NCBI GenBank assembly: GCA_047602425.1
Contig: JASGHG010000001.1
Span: forward strand, 4,224,001-4,288,000
DNA: 64,000 bases
Direction of reading: 5' to 3'
Source: Nibricoccus sp.
GTDB taxonomy: Bacteria; Verrucomicrobiota; Verrucomicrobiia; Opitutales; Opitutaceae
Shown: piece after piece, positions 60,903 to 64,000 of the stretch
How the letters are laid out: each line of letters starts with the position of its first letter
How positions within the stretch are numbered: position 1 is the stretch's first letter
The notes under the pieces: generated by a model
What the model was told of the DNA's origin: nothing
The model's input: the letters and a program-made list of their open reading frames with translations, nothing else
The model's database searches: none
Translations under genes and position numbers: made by a program

Positions 60903-62630
60903 ATGAAAACGGGAATTTTACCGCCTGAACTGAAATCCATATCCGAGCTTCTTACGAGCGACGTCCGATATGCAGTGCCGCGATACCAGCGGAACTTCGC
61001 TTGGACCAGTGACGAAGTGGAGGATTTTTGGGACGACCTGTGCGCTGCAGTAGCGCGAGGCAGTGAGTACTTTCTTGGAACAGTCGTGTTGCAGCGGAAG
61101 AACCACCAGCCGACTGAAATAATCGACGGTCAGCAGAGGCTGACATGTGTGAGTATGGTTTTCAGTGCCATTAGGGGTTACTTTCTATCAGTTAAAGACG
61201 ACCGGGCTGTTCAGGTATTCACCTCTTTTCTTGGCGCTAAAGGATTCAATCGTGCAGCAGCTGTTTCTCCGAAGCTTCAGCTAAACGACATTAACCACGA
61301 GACCTATCTATCCATGATCGTGGAAAGTAGAAGTATCAGTGAAATCGATGAGTATCTTTCGAAAAAGAAGAAAAGTCTCGATCAGTCGAATGTGGCCTTG
61401 CTGAAAGCATACCGGTTTTTGGTGGAGAAGGTAACAACAGGGGCCGCGAAAATCGGTGCTGATGCAGATGAAAAATTCATCGTCCCGCTGCTCAATTGTC
61501 TTCGCAATGCTGTTAAGCTGATCGCGATTCCAGTGCAGTCGGAAGAGGACGCGAATCTGTTTTTTGAGTCATTAAATGCGCGAGGTAGAGAATTGGCGGT
61601 AACCGATCTTCTCAAAAACCGCCTTTACGCAGAAGCACGTGATGAGGTGGTACGGATGCAGAAACATTGGCAGACAATGGTCGTGGAACTTGGTCGTAGG
61701 CCGATTCCTGAATATGTCAGGCACTACTGGATCGCTAAAAAAGCAACGGGGCTAGTTCGCGAAAAGGAGCTGTACAAGTATATCGTTCAAGAGATCGGAG
61801 GTAATCAAAAAGCAGCATTGGATCTTGCATCTGATTTGTCTTCTACGGCGTCAGACTATGCAAAGATTTCAGACTTTGATCTTTGGGAGGAAGACTCAGC
61901 TTATGACGCCGATTTCAACGACGCCATTGACGAACTGAAACTGTACCGTGTTACCCAGTGCAACCCGATTTTGCTGAATGGCATTCAGGTATTCAAAAAA
62001 CCCAAAGACGTTGCCAAGTTATTTCGCACGGTAGCTAATTTTTCGTTTCGATATTTTATAATCGGGAATCAGTCGCCGGGTAATCTCGAGCGTGAGTCCA
62101 ACCGAATCGCTGAAGGCATTAGGAATAAGACACTGAAAAAGCCGGAAGAAGTTGCGCAGGCGTTTGCGGCAATTAGCCCAGACCCGACATTCCGTGCAGA
62201 TTTTGAAGTCGCTCAGTTTACACGGTCACAAGCAAAACTGGCGCGCCATACATTGCGTAAAATCGCCGATCATCTAGATAGCACCACTAGCAAAGCTGGT
62301 GCGGAAAATATAGTGAATCGAAATGCCAAAGCAGTAAATTTAGAGCACGTACTGCCACAGAGTTTGGGACAGAAATGGAAAGCGGGGTTTTCCAGCGGCG
62401 TCGATGCGAGCCAGTTCATCTACCGTATTGGCAATTTGACCTTGCTCACAACCAAACTGAACGAAAAAGTCGCTGCTGCAGACTTTTCGAAGAAAAAGAA
62501 AGGAGCATTGGATGTGTCGGAATTAGCAATTAACCATTACTTTCGGAAATTGAGCCAATGGACCGACAAAGAAATCCATGCCAGACAAGTCGAGTTGGCA
62601 AAGGTAGCTACTGAGGTTTGGCGGCTTTGA
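60903..62630 (+). CDS. DUF262-DUF1524 (GmrSD-like) HNH endonuclease, putative type IV restriction/defence protein
   Basis: VPRYQRNFAW, IIDGQQRLT, FESLNARG, NLEHVLPQ, RIGNLTLL; visibly lower GC. Confidence 0.92.
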   Translation: MKTGILPPELKSISELLTSDVRYAVPRYQRNFAWTSDEVEDFWDDLCAAVARGSEYFLGTVVLQRKNHQPTEIIDGQQRLTCVSMVFSAIRGYFLSVKDDRAVQVFTSFLGAKGFNRAAAVSPKLQLNDINHETYLSMIVESRSISEIDEYLSKKKKSLDQSNVALLKAYRFLVEKVTTGAAKIGADADEKFIVPLLNCLRNAVKLIAIPVQSEEDANLFFESLNARGRELAVTDLLKNRLYAEARDEVVRMQKHWQTMVVELGRRPIPEYVRHYWIAKKATGLVREKELYKYIVQEIGGNQKAALDLASDLSSTASDYAKISDFDLWEEDSAYDADFNDAIDELKLYRVTQCNPILLNGIQVFKKPKDVAKLFRTVANFSFRYFIIGNQSPGNLERESNRIAEGIRNKTLKKPEEVAQAFAAISPDPTFRADFEVAQFTRSQAKLARHTLRKIADHLDSTTSKAGAENIVNRNAKAVNLEHVLPQSLGQKWKAGFSSGVDASQFIYRIGNLTLLTTKLNEKVAAADFSKKKKGALDVSELAINHYFRKLSQWTDKEIHARQVELAKVATEVWRL

Positions 62631-62670
62631 AGTTGGTTTCCTTCGTGAATCAGCAGTCTTCTGAGGGCGT

Positions 62671-64000
62671 TCATGGCCGGCTGAACGGCGCGCTCGTGCC
62701 GTTCTTCCGCGTGTGGTGCCGGAAGAGCCAGCGGGCTAAGGCGGGCATGAGGATGATGGCGCCGAGCATGTTCACGAGGAACATGAAGGTTAGCAGGACG
62801 CCCATGTCGGCTTGGAATTTTAGGTCGGAGAATAACCACATGCTTACGCCAATGGCGAGGGTCAGGCCGGTGAAAACCACCGCGCTGCCGGTCTGGGTGA
62901 AGGCGAGGTACATGGCGTCTTCGAAATATTCTCCAGACTCAAGGGCGGCGCGAAGTTTGGCGTAGAGATAAATGCCGTAGTCCACCCCGATGCCGACGCC
63001 CAGGGCCACGACCGGGAGGGTGGACGTTTTTAGTCCGATCTGGAGGTAAACCATCACGACGTAGGCGAGCCAGGAAACGAGCGCGAGGGGTATCACGATG
63101 CAAAGCGTGGCTTTCCACGAGCGGAAAGTCAGCAGGCACAACCCGATGACAGCGCCAAAGACCCAGAGCAAAATGGGGAACTGCGCATCGTGCACGACCT
63201 CGTTGGTCGCGGCCATCACGCCGGCATTGCCGCTGGCGAGGCGGAATGTTGTGCCGGCCGGGTTGGGTGTAGGAGCGGGTTTATCCCGCGATGGATCGGC
63301 GGGATCGGGGCGTGAGGCCGCGGATGAGGAATCGCGGCGTAAAGCCTCGGCGGAATCGGAATCGCGGCGTAAAGCCGCTCCTACAGTTGGGGCGGAATGT
63401 TCGGCTTGGAAGGCTTTGACGGTGTCGGTGACGCTGCGGAGGGTTTCGGCTTTGTGATCGGTGAGGAAGATCATCATCGGCATGACGGAACCGTCGGCGT
63501 TGAGCAGGCCGGTGGCGGTTTCGATCGGCGAGACGGCTTGGGCGAGGGCGTTGGGGTGGCGCGGGAGGATGCGCCATTTGAGCGAGCCTTCGTTCCAGCC
63601 GGCGTTGACCATTTTGGCGACAGTGGGGACGCTGATCACGGATTTGACGCCGGGCAGGGCGCGCAGGCGGCCTTCGAGGTCGTCCATCAGGCTGAGCACG
63701 TCGTAATTGACGCAGCCGTTTGGTTCGGTTTCGACCATGACGGAAAGGATGTCGACGCCGATGCTGAATTTTTCGGTGATGAGGCGGCTGTCGCGATTAT
63801 AGCGGGAATTCTGGCGCAGTTCGGGCACGCCGGCGTGGAGATCGCCGATGCGGACCTCCTGGGATTTATACCAGGCGAAGACGCCGAGGATGGCGGAAAC
63901 GATGAGGATGGCGATCGACGGCTTGGGCTCCATGATGCGCGAAACCTTTCGCCAGAGGGCATCGGTGTGGACCTTGCGGGCGGCGACGCGGGTCTGGTAG
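62671..64000 (-). CDS. MMPL/RND family exporter, C-terminal part; 5' end outside window
   Basis: LTFRSW, LGVGIGVDYGIY, TGSAVVFTGLT, QADMG, MPAL; frame appears open to the window edge. Confidence 0.9.
   Translation of the reverse strand, partial: YQTRVAARKVHTDALWRKVSRIMEPKPSIAILIVSAILGVFAWYKSQEVRIGDLHAGVPELRQNSRYNRDSRLITEKFSIGVDILSVMVETEPNGCVNYDVLSLMDDLEGRLRALPGVKSVISVPTVAKMVNAGWNEGSLKWRILPRHPNALAQAVSPIETATGLLNADGSVMPMMIFLTDHKAETLRSVTDTVKAFQAEHSAPTVGAALRRDSDSAEALRRDSSSAASRPDPADPSRDKPAPTPNPAGTTFRLASGNAGVMAATNEVVHDAQFPILLWVFGAVIGLCLLTFRSWKATLCIVIPLALVSWLAYVVMVYLQIGLKTSTLPVVALGVGIGVDYGIYLYAKLRAALESGEYFEDAMYLAFTQTGSAVVFTGLTLAIGVSMWLFSDLKFQADMGVLLTFMFLVNMLGAIILMPALARWLFRHHTRKNGTSAPFSRP
63268..63385. 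mobile_element. GTAG-type REP doublet (REPIN-like) located inside the MMPL coding sequence
   Basis: TGTAGGAGCGGGTTTATCCCGCGAT (63268-63292) and inverted ATCGCGGCGTAAAGCCGCTCCTACA (63361-63385), 22/25 match. Confidence 0.85.

Noticed and set aside
57200..62630. Prophage or ICE
   Set aside because: No integrase, relaxase, transposase or virion genes are visible within the window

Overview
A 64-kb GC-rich bacterial chromosomal segment. It most resembles Verrucomicrobiota, probably Opitutaceae; this is inferred from a VPDSG/PEP-CTERM-like protein, a TIGR03067-type protein, the style of the TonB receptor and the repeat families. Housekeeping genes (ptsI 3' end, cysS, hemB, pyrD, ilvB, argS, korAB, PpiD-like, TolC-like) are mixed with a signalling cluster (two hybrid kinases, an HDOD protein, a response regulator) carrying sigma-28-type promoters. 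There are also surface and secreted proteins and two accessory stretches (about 49.2-54 kb and 57.2-62.6 kb). No rRNA, tRNA, CRISPR array, integrase or transposase was recognised. Four genes are split by single-base frameshifts, probably sequencing errors. The most interesting observations are: (1) a secreted Cys/His papain- or transglutaminase-like protein with a separately secreted SGRPNP partner; (2) a REP doublet read through in frame inside an MMPL/RND transporter gene; (3) two diverged copies of an unknown gene 3' end that bracket an orphan ExbD-like cassette next to a DUF262-DUF1524 defence gene; (4) a thymidine phosphorylase homologue lacking the catalytic His and the phosphate-binding loop; (5) an unnamed domain of about 300 aa present both alone and fused to an aspartic protease-PDZ protein; (6) an orphan promoter-terminator unit of about 110 nt, a candidate sRNA. 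Family assignments come from motif recognition by eye; no searches were run.
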